From a virus (taxonomy: Duplodnaviria > Caudoviricetes): a stretch of 64,000 bases of DNA. The notes below the pieces were generated by a model. That model saw only the letters and a program-made list of their open reading frames with translations. It did no database searches and was not told the origin of the DNA. The stretch spans positions 1,312 to 65,311 of IMG/VR virus record IMGVR_UViG_2541047088_000004. One strand, 5' to 3'. The position numbers and the translations under genes are program-made. Shown here in pieces: positions 1-11,100 of the stretch (the stretch's first letter is position 1; every line of letters starts with the position of its first letter).

Positions 1-61
1 TTTGAAGCTAATGGGAATGCCAACAAATGCTAATATATAGAACATTTTTAAAACAATTAGG

Positions 62-493
62 TTGTTTATGCTAATTTTCTTCGCTATAATTGGAAATAAA
101 TACTGTACTTTAAAAGTAAAATTACGAAAGGATGAAAAAACAATGCAAACAGCTCCTATGAAACAAACTGCTACAGCTAAAAAAGCGTTAGAGCATTCTT
201 CACTTGGTAAAACTGCCTTTACGTTAACCTTGATAGGAGACTTCTTTCTGCTCTTTGCGCTTATTGTTACGACAATTGCACAAAGTAACGGAAACGAAGC
301 AAAACCCTATTTCTTTGTTGCTCTTTACTGGATTTTTGTGATTCCTTCAACAATTATGGCTATTATGGACTTGAACAAGCCCAACAGAAAAAAGACTTTG
401 CCGAAAGCTTCTCTAATTCTTGGGTTAGGCATGATAGTAATTGTAATGGTAATAGCAATATTAGCAATGGTATTGTTCGTGGCAACCAAGTAG
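62..493 (+). CDS. Hypothetical integral membrane protein (3-4 TM segments)
   Basis: 143-aa ORF with several long hydrophobic stretches; the true start may be the internal Met of MQTAPM; no family recognised. Confidence 0.6.
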   Translation: MFMLIFFAIIGNKYCTLKVKLRKDEKTMQTAPMKQTATAKKALEHSSLGKTAFTLTLIGDFFLLFALIVTTIAQSNGNEAKPYFFVALYWIFVIPSTIMAIMDLNKPNRKKTLPKASLILGLGMIVIVMVIAILAMVLFVATK

Positions 494-1121
494 GCTGCAC
501 ATTTCTCTATAACCTCATTATCAAACTGCTTGCCACTTGGTTTAAGCAGTTTGATTCTTTTATATGCTGAAGAAAAAAGCACCCGCCCCCACTGTAAATA
601 AAGTCATTTCAGATTTTTATAGTTACAAAAGCAATAATAATAAACAAAATAAAAGTGAAGATACTTGAAGCTGCTATATGCTCCCACTAAGGCAGTTTTG
701 CAGGGAGAGCCTGTAAATATTATATGGCTCACATTTGCGTGTAACCCTTTATTTTACTGGGTTATTTGGACTTTAGTGGATTCTCATATTGACAGGTATT
801 GCGTTATTGCTTATCTGTAGTTTTTTGCGTAAAACAACGTATTTGACGGCCTCCAAGGACACACAGCGACAGTTTTAAAAAAATCGCCCCTTACTCATAA
901 GTGGCAGACCGCATAGCCTTTGGTATAAGCTGTTTTTACATGCTGCATAGTATAAAGTTACTGCGACAAATAAAAATATTGGTATAGAACGTTTTAAAAA
1001 TTTGCGTTACTATGGTTTCGCTTTATTAGCTTTATGTCTACTGGTTGCAAAACAAAAAGAAAGACGGTCATCATATAGACGACCGCCATAATTATGCTCA
1101 TATTAAGAAATCTTGAAAACC

Positions 1122-1814
1122 TTATTGTAAATCATTAAAAAGTGTAAATATATCACTCTTCAATATCACTGCTATTTCTGCTTCCTCCGACGTATCTCCC
1201 CATCTAAAAATCATATCATTTTCTTGACAAAGGTGAATCGAAAGTCCAAAATAGTCTATTTCATCCTTATACCTTCTACTTCTATATTGATTAAATGCTA
1301 GTCTAAAGATATCCGTTATTGCTTTCTCAGATAAAAAATCATCTTTCCTACTTGCAATAATTGTATACCTTTTAGGATTGCTAGATACTACATCCAATAC
1401 CACTGAAAGGTTTTCAAGCCTAAAGTTAGCAATACTTGAAAAAAACATTTTCCCATCTACTTCAACTTCTATTTCGGGTCCTTTAATTAATGTATCAAGT
1501 TGCCATTTGGTCTCAAGTAACTTCCACACTTTTTTATGTCTTTCAATTCGAGAGTTTTTATCTTTAACTTCCACATTTACAAACAGATATAGTTTATGGT
1601 CTTTTAAAAAATTCTGATTTGTAAATACCTTTTGGATTTCGCTGCTACATAAATCTTTAAAAGCAGTTCTATCGCTTGAACCAAATAACTCTGAGCCATT
1701 TATACTAAACACGCTCAAGCTTGGAACCCTTCCTACCCTTTCGCACGCCTCATCTTTATTAAACCATTGAAAGTAAGAGAACGCATCTTTTTCGATTTCA
1801 TTCCAAATCTTCAT
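1122..1814 (-). CDS. Probable cognate immunity protein of the Rhs nuclease toxin
   Basis: Lies directly downstream of the Rhs stop. GGAGTG SD precedes ATG AAG ATT TGG (start 1814; ORF track gives 1823). Soluble protein with no signal peptide, in the standard toxin-immunity position. Confidence 0.7.
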   Translation of the reverse strand: MKIWNEIEKDAFSYFQWFNKDEACERVGRVPSLSVFSINGSELFGSSDRTAFKDLCSSEIQKVFTNQNFLKDHKLYLFVNVEVKDKNSRIERHKKVWKLLETKWQLDTLIKGPEIEVEVDGKMFFSSIANFRLENLSVVLDVVSSNPKRYTIIASRKDDFLSEKAITDIFRLAFNQYRSRRYKDEIDYFGLSIHLCQENDMIFRWGDTSEEAEIAVILKSDIFTLFNDLQ

Positions 1815-1828
1815 TGTTATCACTCCAT

Positions 1829-2100
1829 TTATTTGTTGTAGTCATAGTGATTACCATCCGGATCATTAAAATGAGGTCCTCTATTTTGTGATGGGTCATC
1901 TGGGAACTCATGTCCACCTGAGTGGTCTCTTATTACCTTTCCATCCCCAAAATCATAATCTTTTCCAGGTATTCTATTTCCCCTTTTGTCAACTGCTGGA
2001 GTTACCTTTTTAGGTTGTTCAGTAACCGGAATATCACTATTTCTCTTAGCTTCCCTAAAAGCACCATTTCTTCCTGCCCCTTCTGGACTAAGATTAGGAG
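1829..2100 (-). other. C-terminal toxin domain, Tox-HNH-EHHH-like (HNH/EndoVII nuclease)
   Basis: AFREAKRNSDIP..QP...IRDHSGGH...GPHFN matches the AF..AK...IP..QP / DHS.GH / GPHFN pattern of this toxin family; lies after the DPTGH autocleavage motif (~2740). Confidence 0.75.
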
Positions 2101-5100
2101 GTTTACTCCCCCCCTCACCAACCGCACTCAACCCACGATTAACCTCCGGTATTTTATTTTCAGCAATCCTGCTAAACATTTTATTGAATATATTTGTTGA
2201 TCCGGTTTCTTCATAGATAATCCTGTTTGTTAAGCCATTTGTCTTTGAAATTAGACCTTTTGCGCTCTCGGCAAATTTTGATGCAGCCGTACCAGCCTCA
2301 CTTTCACTTCCCCCAACAAAGAATGATCCTATAAATACTGCTGCATGTGTGCCAAACTCTGCTCTTGTATGCGCGTTTCCATTTATTATATTTGTATCAA
2401 CATAATTTGTTACTTTACTAGCCACCGAATTCCAGACCGCTTTTGGATCTGCCAGTATCTTTTTATAATTATCTCCAATCTGTTTTATAGTTTCCTTAGG
2501 ATGAGTTATAACCTTAGCTACATCTATTACTTTACCTACAATATCTACCGAATCAGTTATTGTTTTAGCTTCATCATATAGCGCTTCGCCTATGCCAGTT
2601 AAAACAGGTACTTTTTCATCCAAATAATTATAGACTGCTTTTGCTTTCTTTTTTACCGGTTTAACTATGTTTTTGTTAACCCACCGTCCTGCAGATGTAT
2701 CATTTAAAAACCAATCTCTGGCTGAATCCATCCAGCTATGTCCTGTTGGGTCATAATATATAAGAGGATTATTCGCACAATACACATACAAATTCAAACT
2801 AAGCGGGTCATTCCTATCGCCAGTATAAGTATCCTCCTGCAAGAACCGTGCAGTCTTCGGGTCATACATCCTCGCATTCAGGTAATAAAGCCCTGTTTCC
2901 TTGTCATACTGATACCCTGCAAAGGTTATAGAATTGCTTGCTGCTCCTGTGGTGTCAGTGATGTTTCCGAAGGCATCATAATAATATGTTGCTGCTATTG
3001 TTCCGTCTGGTTTCAGCAGTGCTGTTACATCGGCATGTCCGTTGTACATGTAATAGTAGGTGGTTCCGTCGACTGAGCGCATTAACAGGTTTGTGCCGTA
3101 TACGTTTCTGCCTGTCTGGTTGCCTGAGCCGTCCAGTTCCAGCACTACCTTGTCGTATTCGTAGAGATATCTTGTTATTGCTCCGTTTACTGCTTTCTCT
3201 ACTCTATAGCCGTCACCATTGTAGGTGTTTTGTACTGTTATTCCACCTGTGGTAGTTGATATCAGCTGGCTTCTGGCATCGTAGGTGTTTGATACAGTTA
3301 CTGTGCCGTTTACTTCTGTGGTAAGCTGGTTGCCGTTGTTGTCGTAAGTGTATACGGTTGTGGCTGTTGTTGTGCCGTTTAACGTTGTTACTATCTGTGT
3401 CAGATGGTCTTGCTCGTTGTAGGTGTAGGTGTTTACTGTTGCGTTACCGCCAACCGTTATTGTTTCGGTTGCTCTGTTTCCTGCTGCATCGTAGGTGTAC
3501 GTGGTTTTTCTGTTGTTCGGCTCTGTTACTGTTTCAAGTCTGTTCAGCGTATCGTAGGTATAATTTGTTGTACCATTTGAGTCTGTTTTAGAGGCTTGGT
3601 TATGAGCCGCATCATACGTATAGCTGTAGGTGTCTATTATGCTGCCATCAGCTTTTTTATTTGTCAAGGTTCTTAACAGTCCATCTGCGTAATAGGTGTA
3701 ATCTTCTCTTGATCCGTCGTTATATATTACGCTTTGTCTTGCCCCGTTATCAAGATAGTTATAGGTTGTTGTCTTTCCATCGGCTGTTACTGTTTTGAGT
3801 CTTCCTGCCATGTCATAGGTTTTCTGTGTCAGGTTGCCCTTGGGGTCTGTTGAAGTTTCGGCCTGACAGCCTTCTTCCATACCTGTTATTTTATCATACT
3901 CGAAGGTTGTTATTCCAATGTTTGGTACATTTTTTGTAAGCACTCTGTTCTGCTCATCGTAGGTTCTTGTTGTGGTTCCTGTGCTGTCGGTCATTGTGAG
4001 CTGGTTACCGTTGCCATCGTAGGTATAGGAAATTGATATATTTCCTGTGGTCTGGCTCAGCAGCCTTCCGTGTATATCGTAGGTGTATGTGGTTGTAATG
4101 CCGTTCCTGTCTGTCTTTGTGGCAAGGTTTCCGTCTGCATTGTAGGTGTAGGCTTCTGTTTTTGCAGGAACATCGTCATATTTGCCTGCTGTTAACGTTC
4201 TTCCGCCTTGGTCTATACGCTTAGCTACCTTGTTTGCCGCATTGTATTCATATGTCGTTATGTTTCCCCTTCCGTCTGTCTGTGTGAGCAGGTTTCCATT
4301 CAGATCATAGGTATAGCTTGTTGTTTCGTTCTTGGAATTTGTAACTGTTTTAAGCCTATTGAATTCATCGTATGTATAGGTTGTATAGTGCGTTTTATCA
4401 TCAGCAGGTGATATATTTCCCCTTGCGTCTGTTTTGGTTTGTATATTTCCGGCATTGTCATAGGTCTGGCTTGTGGTGTGGTTTTCCGGATCAGTCGTTG
4501 ACAGCAGCCTGTTGTTTTTATCGTAAGTGTATTGTGTCACATTGTTAAGGGCATCATAGGATTTTTCCTGTACATTGCTGTGGTTGTATTCTAGCTTCTG
4601 TATGCTTTTGCCGTACGCATCCTTTTTCTCTATGTGTCTATTTAAGCTGTCATATACATTCTGAGAGGTATTGCCCCTCCAATCGGTTACTGTTGTCTGG
4701 TTTCCGTTGGCATCATAACCATAAGCAGTTTCGTGCATTACCCCTGATACGGTTTGCTTTGATGTTGATATTTTGTTTAATACATTGTAGATATTTTCCG
4801 TTGTATTTTGATTCCCGTCTGTTACATATCTTGCATTTCCGTTTTTGTCATAGCGTGTTGAGGTAGTTATTGCCTGCTTCCCGTCCTCTGCCTGCTGTTT
4901 CTGTGACAGTACATCCCCTTGGTTGTTGTAAGTGTAGGTGTTTACCGCACCTCTTGAGTCCTTCTGTATTTTCAGTCTGCCCATTGCATCATATTGGCTG
5001 ATTATTGTACTTTCAGGGATTGTTATATCTCCCGGGGCTGTTGTTTTTCTTAGCTTGCCCAATGCATTGTATTCATAGGTCGTGGTATTTCCGTTTCCAT

Positions 5101-8100
5101 ACTTCTTTGTCAGCAGATTTCCGACATAGTCATATGTATTTATTTGTATTGTCTGCTCTGCACTGCCTGATGTTTTCTGTACTGTAAGCTTTGTTACATT
5201 TCCCGCATCATCGTAGTTATAATTTTTTATTACTCCATTGGCATATGTTTCAGAGGTTTTTCTTCCTAATGCATCGTAGGAATATTTTGTAGTGTAGCTG
5301 AGTCCTCTGTCTTTTGATACGGCATCTTTTACTGTTATCGGCTTGTCTGCGAGATTGTAGGTGTACTCCGTCCCATAGCCTGTAGAGATTTGTGTATCTA
5401 TGCTTGTTATATCTGTTGCCGACTCTAGTCCTAGCCCGTCCAGTTCCTTTGTAACATTTCCATTGTTATCGTACTGGTAGGCTTTCTGTACTATGCTTAC
5501 CTGTTGTGTTACCCATTCATGCGTTACTGGATCTACCTTCTTTTCCTCGCCCACGTAGGTTTTGGTTTTTACCCTGCCCATGAGGTCATAGGTGTATTCA
5601 ACCCTGTTCATCTGAGAAAGAGTTTTTGCAGGGTCGTAGTCTTTAGGAGCTACCTCGGCTATTTTTCTTCCGACTCTGTCGTAATAAAAAGCTGTGGTAT
5701 TTGTCTCAGCATCTGTTGTTGTTTCCAGCAATCCCCTTTGATTATAGTGGTATTCCGTAATATTGCCATTTGCATCCGTTGTTTTTACAACATTTCCCTG
5801 ACAGTCATATTCGGTGGATGATGCTATTGTTACTGCCTGTTCATTTTCATCAATGCCTGGCTGACTTACTCCTGTCTGTCTGTTCAGGTTATCGTAGTTG
5901 CAAGTGGTTGTTACATCGTCAGGTGTTGTTACCGTTTCAAGGTTTCCATTTTTATCGTAGGTGTAAACAGTTCTTAATATTGTATCCTCAGTGCTGTTAA
6001 AGTCATTTCCTGCTAGATCTCCAGCTTTTACATGAACTTTTTTCTCAGATACTTTTCCTAAATAGTTATTTATGAATTCAGTAACATTTTTATCTGTTGT
6101 ACTTGTGTAAACCGTTTCCTTACTTACATTTCCGTCTGCATCGTATTCGTATTCTGTTTTTCTACCTTCGTTGTCGGTAATGCTCTTTACTTTGCCATTA
6201 TTATAGTAGTCGTAGGTTTTTGTAATTAGCTGCAAGGCTGCTGCGTAAAGTGTAACTGTATCTTTTCCTGCTATTTCATTTTTCTTTCTACCTGCTTTGT
6301 CATAAACAATTTTATTGTATGAATATCTGACAGCCCCGCTTACAGTTTCAAACGGTGTCCACTGCTCGGTAAGCCTGTTAAGGCTGTCATACTTATAGTA
6401 GGTAGTGTTCCCTTTTTCATCAGTTGTGCTGTTTACTGTTCCGTTTTTATTGTAGCTTGTCGAAGCGGTTGTGTTGTCAGCGTTTTTTTGTGATATCAGC
6501 CTATCTGCATAATCATAGGTATATTCTGTGATAGCAACATCCTTCGAATTCAGATATTGCTTCTGTGTTTTCTTGGTTTTGCCGTCTGTCAATATATCAT
6601 AGGAGTATTCCTCAAGCAGAACCTTTTCTGATGCTTGATTATCCTGAAAATATTTCTTAACAGGCCTGTCCATGCAATCATATTCATAGGAATATACTGC
6701 ACCGTTAGGGTTAGTCTGGGTTGCAAGGTTTCCGTAAATATCATAGGTATAGCTTGTTGTGTTATTTGCAGCATCGGTTTTTGTTTTAACCTTTCCGCTT
6801 GCATAGTAAGTATATCTATTACCTGCATCACCGTTATATTCGTTGTCTGAAATATTGTCATTTGCCGAATTGTACAGCTTCGGTGATACCTCTTTTGTTT
6901 TGCGGTTTTCGGAATCATATGTTATTCTGGTAACCTTGTTGCCGTCCTGTATCTGTTTTTCCAGATTTCCGTTTTTATCATATACATAACTTGTTATATT
7001 GCCCTTTGCAGTTGTTTTCTTTATTACCTGACCTGCCGGATTGTATTCAAAGGTAGTAATATTATTTTCGGCATCCTTAACCGTCTTAATATTTCCATAT
7101 GCATCATAGGTGTAAACGGTTGTATTTCCCTCCGGGTCTGTCTCGGCTTCAAGCAAGCCCTTTATCTGGCATTCCGCATCTGTATAGTAATGGTATCTTG
7201 TTATTGCAAAATTGCTATCGGCATCCTTGCTCTCATCATAAATATCAGTACCATTTAAAGGCTGAACCTTTTTTACAATATTTCCCTCTGAATCATAAAT
7301 GTAGAAGGTGTATTTTCCTGATTCATCCTTTTCACTTGTCAGGTTGTTATTGCTGTCATATGTCATTGCCTTTGTAGTTTGATCTGGATTTGTTATTTTC
7401 GTAATATTACCTTTTCCGTCCCTGTCATACTTTGTTGTATTACCGTTTCTATCCCTTACCGAGCTTTCCTCGGCATATTTGTTAATTCCCGATTCCTTGC
7501 TGTATTCATATACTGACGTTTTTCCTTCAGCATCTGTTGACCCTGTTATACTGTAGAAGATGTCATATTCCTGCCTTGAAGTTCTGCCTTTGCTGTCTGT
7601 AATCGTTGTCCTGCGGTTTATGTTATCATACGAATATGTAAGCACATTTCCGTTCACATCAGTTATGTTATTAACCTTGTCCTTGTTTTCACCGGAATGG
7701 TTGTATGTAACAGCTTCAATCAGCTTATTGCCGCTATCCCTGACTTCTGTTACAAAGCCGTCAGAATCATAGTAGTAGAAGGTCGGATTCCCCATTGGAT
7801 CAGTCACCTTTGTTAATCGGCTGCTTGTGTAGTCATATGCAACCGTTCTGTTAGAAGCTTCATCTATTATTTTTTTGATAAGTCCGTTTTCATATGTAAC
7901 GGTATAATGTCTTCCTACCTGGTCAGTCACCCCTTGGACTCTGCCATTGGAATCGACATTTAGTGTAACAGCATTCCCGTTTTTGTCCTGCATTTTTACA
8001 AGGTAGCCGCTTGAATTAAATAAATATTTCGACTGGTCTTTAGCCGTAAGGATAAACGTGCCGTCAGCCTGCTTTTTCAGCGTGTATCTTGAATTATTTG

Positions 8101-11100
8101 CAGTAAACGAGCCATCTGTATTTACACTAAAGGAAAGCATTTTCCCATCCGGCAGTGTTACTGCTTTTATATTTGAATTTATAGCTGTTTTAGTAGTACC
8201 GTCCAAAAAGTCGACATAGGTATATTCTTCGTCCTTTACACTGCCCTCGTAGCTAAAGGTCCAACCCTTGCCCAAAGAGGATGCTTTGTCATTTTGAGAA
8301 TTATATGTTCTGGAAAATGCGATATCAAAGCCTGGCGATACCACCGTCAGGTCGGTGTAGGTTCTTGAGTAGTTACCAGTTGCGGAATTTATGCCGCTTT
8401 GACCAAAGTAGAATTTATGGTTCATTTCAGAGCCAAGCCAAGGGTAATATGCTATGCCATCGCCTACTGTGTCGCCTTCGCCTTCTCCATACCATTTAGG
8501 ATAGACAGACGGTCCGTAGTATGAACCCCAGTAGTTGAATCTGGCGTCGATGGGCATTGTTGAGTATTTTTCGTTATAAATGCCGTAGCTGTTTCCATTG
8601 AAGGTGTTGTATAGTAGGATTGGGGCGGTGGTTGTTTTGAAGTAGATGCCGTAGCCGTAGGAATTGGTGATTTCTGAGTTTGTGAGAGTCAGTTTACCCT
8701 CCACATTTAATGTACCAAAAGCTGTATTATGTTCTATCTCTCCATTGCCATATCTTATCTTTATGTTATCTCCAATGAATTCACCTGTACTTTTTACTTT
8801 TATTCCATCCCACCGTTCATTTGTTTTAGATACCCCATGTCCTCCATATTTTGGGTCTTCAAGTGAAGTAAAAACAATAGGCTTTTCCGCTGTTCCCTGT
8901 GCAATCAATTTCCCTTCTACGTCTATATAGTTATTTTTAGAACCTAGTATTATGGTACCAGGTTGTATAGTTAACATATCTCCATTTTTAACTAGTATGT
9001 TATCACACAAGTAATATGTGCCATTATTTAAAGTATGATATCGAGATGATGTCCATCCGCCTATTCCTATTCCGTTATATTCAACATTTCCAGTATATGT
9101 GTTGTTTTGTATCCTATTGACTATACTAATTACGTCTACGCTTACACCAATATCTATATATATAGGGCAACACCTGTTATTTGTTATACTATTTTTCTCA
9201 ATGCTCAAGATACTCATATCTACTAAATTAATATTATTTTGGTAAATGCGTATGCCATATTTATTTTCACTTACATTATTGTTTTCAATAATTACATTCC
9301 CTTCTCCGTATAATCTAAGACTTATACCTGCATTCGAATTCTGGAAAATAGTATTGTTTTCAACAGTTGCATTTTCTGCTTCGTGTAGTCCAAGTTCTAA
9401 GCCAAACGAATTTTGGGAAATAGCATTGTCCCTTATAGTTATATTACCTTTTGCGTTTGTGTCGTTCCATACGGATATGCCACCACTAGTTTTGAAAATA
9501 GTATTACTTTCAATTGCCATATTCTTTGTCCCATTTTGATCTATCCGTATGCCCAACCCCAAATTTAGAGAGATAGTATTGTTCTTGAGTGTCATTACAC
9601 CACTGGTATCCCCATATATACCACTTTCATTTGTTCCATAAATAACGGTATTTTTAATTGTTGTATCATTTGTAGTATCAATATATACCCCATGTGAGAA
9701 TGAATTACTCACTTCAGAATTTATAAGTGTCAGCTTACCATACGTACATATTGTACCTTTGCCACATCCATATCTCACTTTCACATTATCGCCAACAAAT
9801 TCTCCTGTACGCGATACAGATATACCGACCCAATAGTCTTTATTTGAAGATTCCGAGGTGGTTACTCCAGTACCCCCGTAAGCAGAATCCTTATAAGTAG
9901 TAAATACTATAGCACTACCCGTCGTACCTAAAGCAATTAGCTTTCCCTGTACATTTATCATAGAAGTATGAGTGCTCTTTACTATTACCCCAGGCTCAAC
10001 TGTTAACGTTGCTCCATCTATTATATCTATGTTCTTCGACATATAATAAGTGCCACTGGTTAAAGTAAAATTTTCTTTTAAGCTTCCACCTATCACAACT
10101 TGGTTATACTCAGGATTTTTAGGATACGTATTGTTATTTATTCCAGAAAAAACTGATGACTTCACCCCTCCAATATCAACATATATCGGACTTCCATTTT
10201 TACTTATTATGCTGTTATTCTGAATACTTAAATTACCTGTTCCAAAATGCCCAATCCATATACCTCTAGAGTTTACATCTATAGTATTATTTTTTATTGT
10301 TATATTCTCTGCTCCGTTTAGACCGATACTTATACCATCCGAATCAGACGTAATAATATTATTTTCAAGTGTCACTGTGCCGTTCTCTGTTGTAGAAGTA
10401 TTCCATATATATATACCTGGCCATCCCGAACAATCTATCTTGGTATTTTTTATTATTATATCATTGGAAGTTTTTAAGTAAACTCCAATGTAATTTGAAT
10501 TACTAACTTCTGAGTTTACAAGTGATAATTTACCTAATATGCTCAATGTACTATGATTATTTTCCCATTCTCCACCATACCTTATTTTTACATGTTCCCC
10601 GATAAACTCACCTGTAGAAACTACATTTATACCTCCCCAATAATCTGTTTCTGAGCCTGTTACCCCACTTCCACCATACTCAGCATCCTTCACCGTAGTA
10701 AACACAATATCACTTCCAGTAGTACCAAGCGCAATCAGCTTTCCCTGAACATCTATACCATAATTATTGCTTGTACTTTTTACAATTACCCCAGGCTCAA
10801 CTGTCAGTGTCACTCCGCTCGGTATTGTAATGCTACTTTTCAAAATGTATGGACTGTTAGCCAATGTCCAAGTTGTGTTTTCGCTGATTACTCCCTGTTC
10901 ACATGTAGTTACGGTAACCGGCTTACTATACAAAGATACATTACCCTCTGTATTTATTGCTTTTACAGTATAGGAGTATGTTGTTTTTGACTTTAATTCA
11001 CTATCAGAGTATTTGTTTATCCCTGGTGCCCCTACTTTGACATTATCCCGATATACTTCATAGCCTGTCGCCCCATTAACAGCTTCCCATGCCAGATCAA

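Noticed and set aside
325-582. 85-aa minus-strand ORF overlapping the 62-493 gene
   Set aside because: Its second half is the antisense of a plausible membrane gene; the first part may be a gene remnant but I cannot support a call
2750-8300. Recurring TCGTAGGT/TCATAGGT words suggesting a repeat array or CRISPR
   Set aside because: They are the codons of YD/RHS peptide repeats, irregularly spaced and inside an ORF; no cas genes
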